Below, one piece after another: positions 63,713 to 64,000 of a stretch of DNA of 64,000 bases; position 1 is the stretch's first letter, and each line of letters opens with the position of its first letter. Source of the stretch: Octopus bimaculoides. Lineage: Eukaryota. A program made the translations under genes and the position numbers. Location of the stretch: the NCBI RefSeq assembly GCF_001194135.2, contig NC_068982.1:44447296-44511295 (forward strand). Direction: 5' to 3'. The notes beneath the pieces are model-generated. The model was given only the letters and a program-made list of their open reading frames with translations, ran no database searches and was not told the origin of the DNA.

Positions 63713-64000
63713 ATTACCTCTTTCATAATCACAAACATCATCGCAATCATCTTCATCACCATTTTATCCACTGCGCTCACTATATTACCAATATTACCCT
63801 TGTACTAAGGCGTCTACAAGGTTTTCCCTGCCGGCATGAAATATTTCTGCCTGTCAATATACTCGTCTTTCCTTCTAAATATTTCTATATAAAAGGTTTT
63901 CCGTAATTTACAAGTTTAATACTTGATGTGCCTTCGGATGAAACAAAATCCATTTCGTCGAACTTGAGTTTTTTGTAATATATTGACACCCAGGCTTCAC

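Overview
Eukaryotic, AT-rich, repeat-saturated scaffold segment with many N-gaps flanked by (TA)n/(CA)n microsatellites. The SINE and microsatellite repertoire looks like a coleoid cephalopod, probably Octopus (inference, no database search run). I found no convincing host protein-coding gene, so the window is probably intergenic or a large intron; most ORFs in the supplied track are microsatellite or N artefacts. Contents: over 30 copies of four tRNA-derived SINE families, decayed LINE fragments (HERO-like and R4/Dong-like REL endonucleases; CR1-, L2/Crack-, RTE- and I/Jockey-like RT pieces), a DD37D maT transposase pseudogene, three MITE-like elements, an 18S rRNA fragment fused to a mariner-type end, and several Penelope-like element (PLE) remnants. 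The main signal is RNA structure. There are minimal type-I hammerhead ribozyme motifs with palindromic stem III in at least five repeat families, and a PLE whose pseudo-LTR has a tRNA-like Pol III promoter upstream of its hammerhead. There are also two candidate non-circularly permuted hammerheads; the better one (40622-40674, minus strand) lies downstream of a HERO-like ORF.
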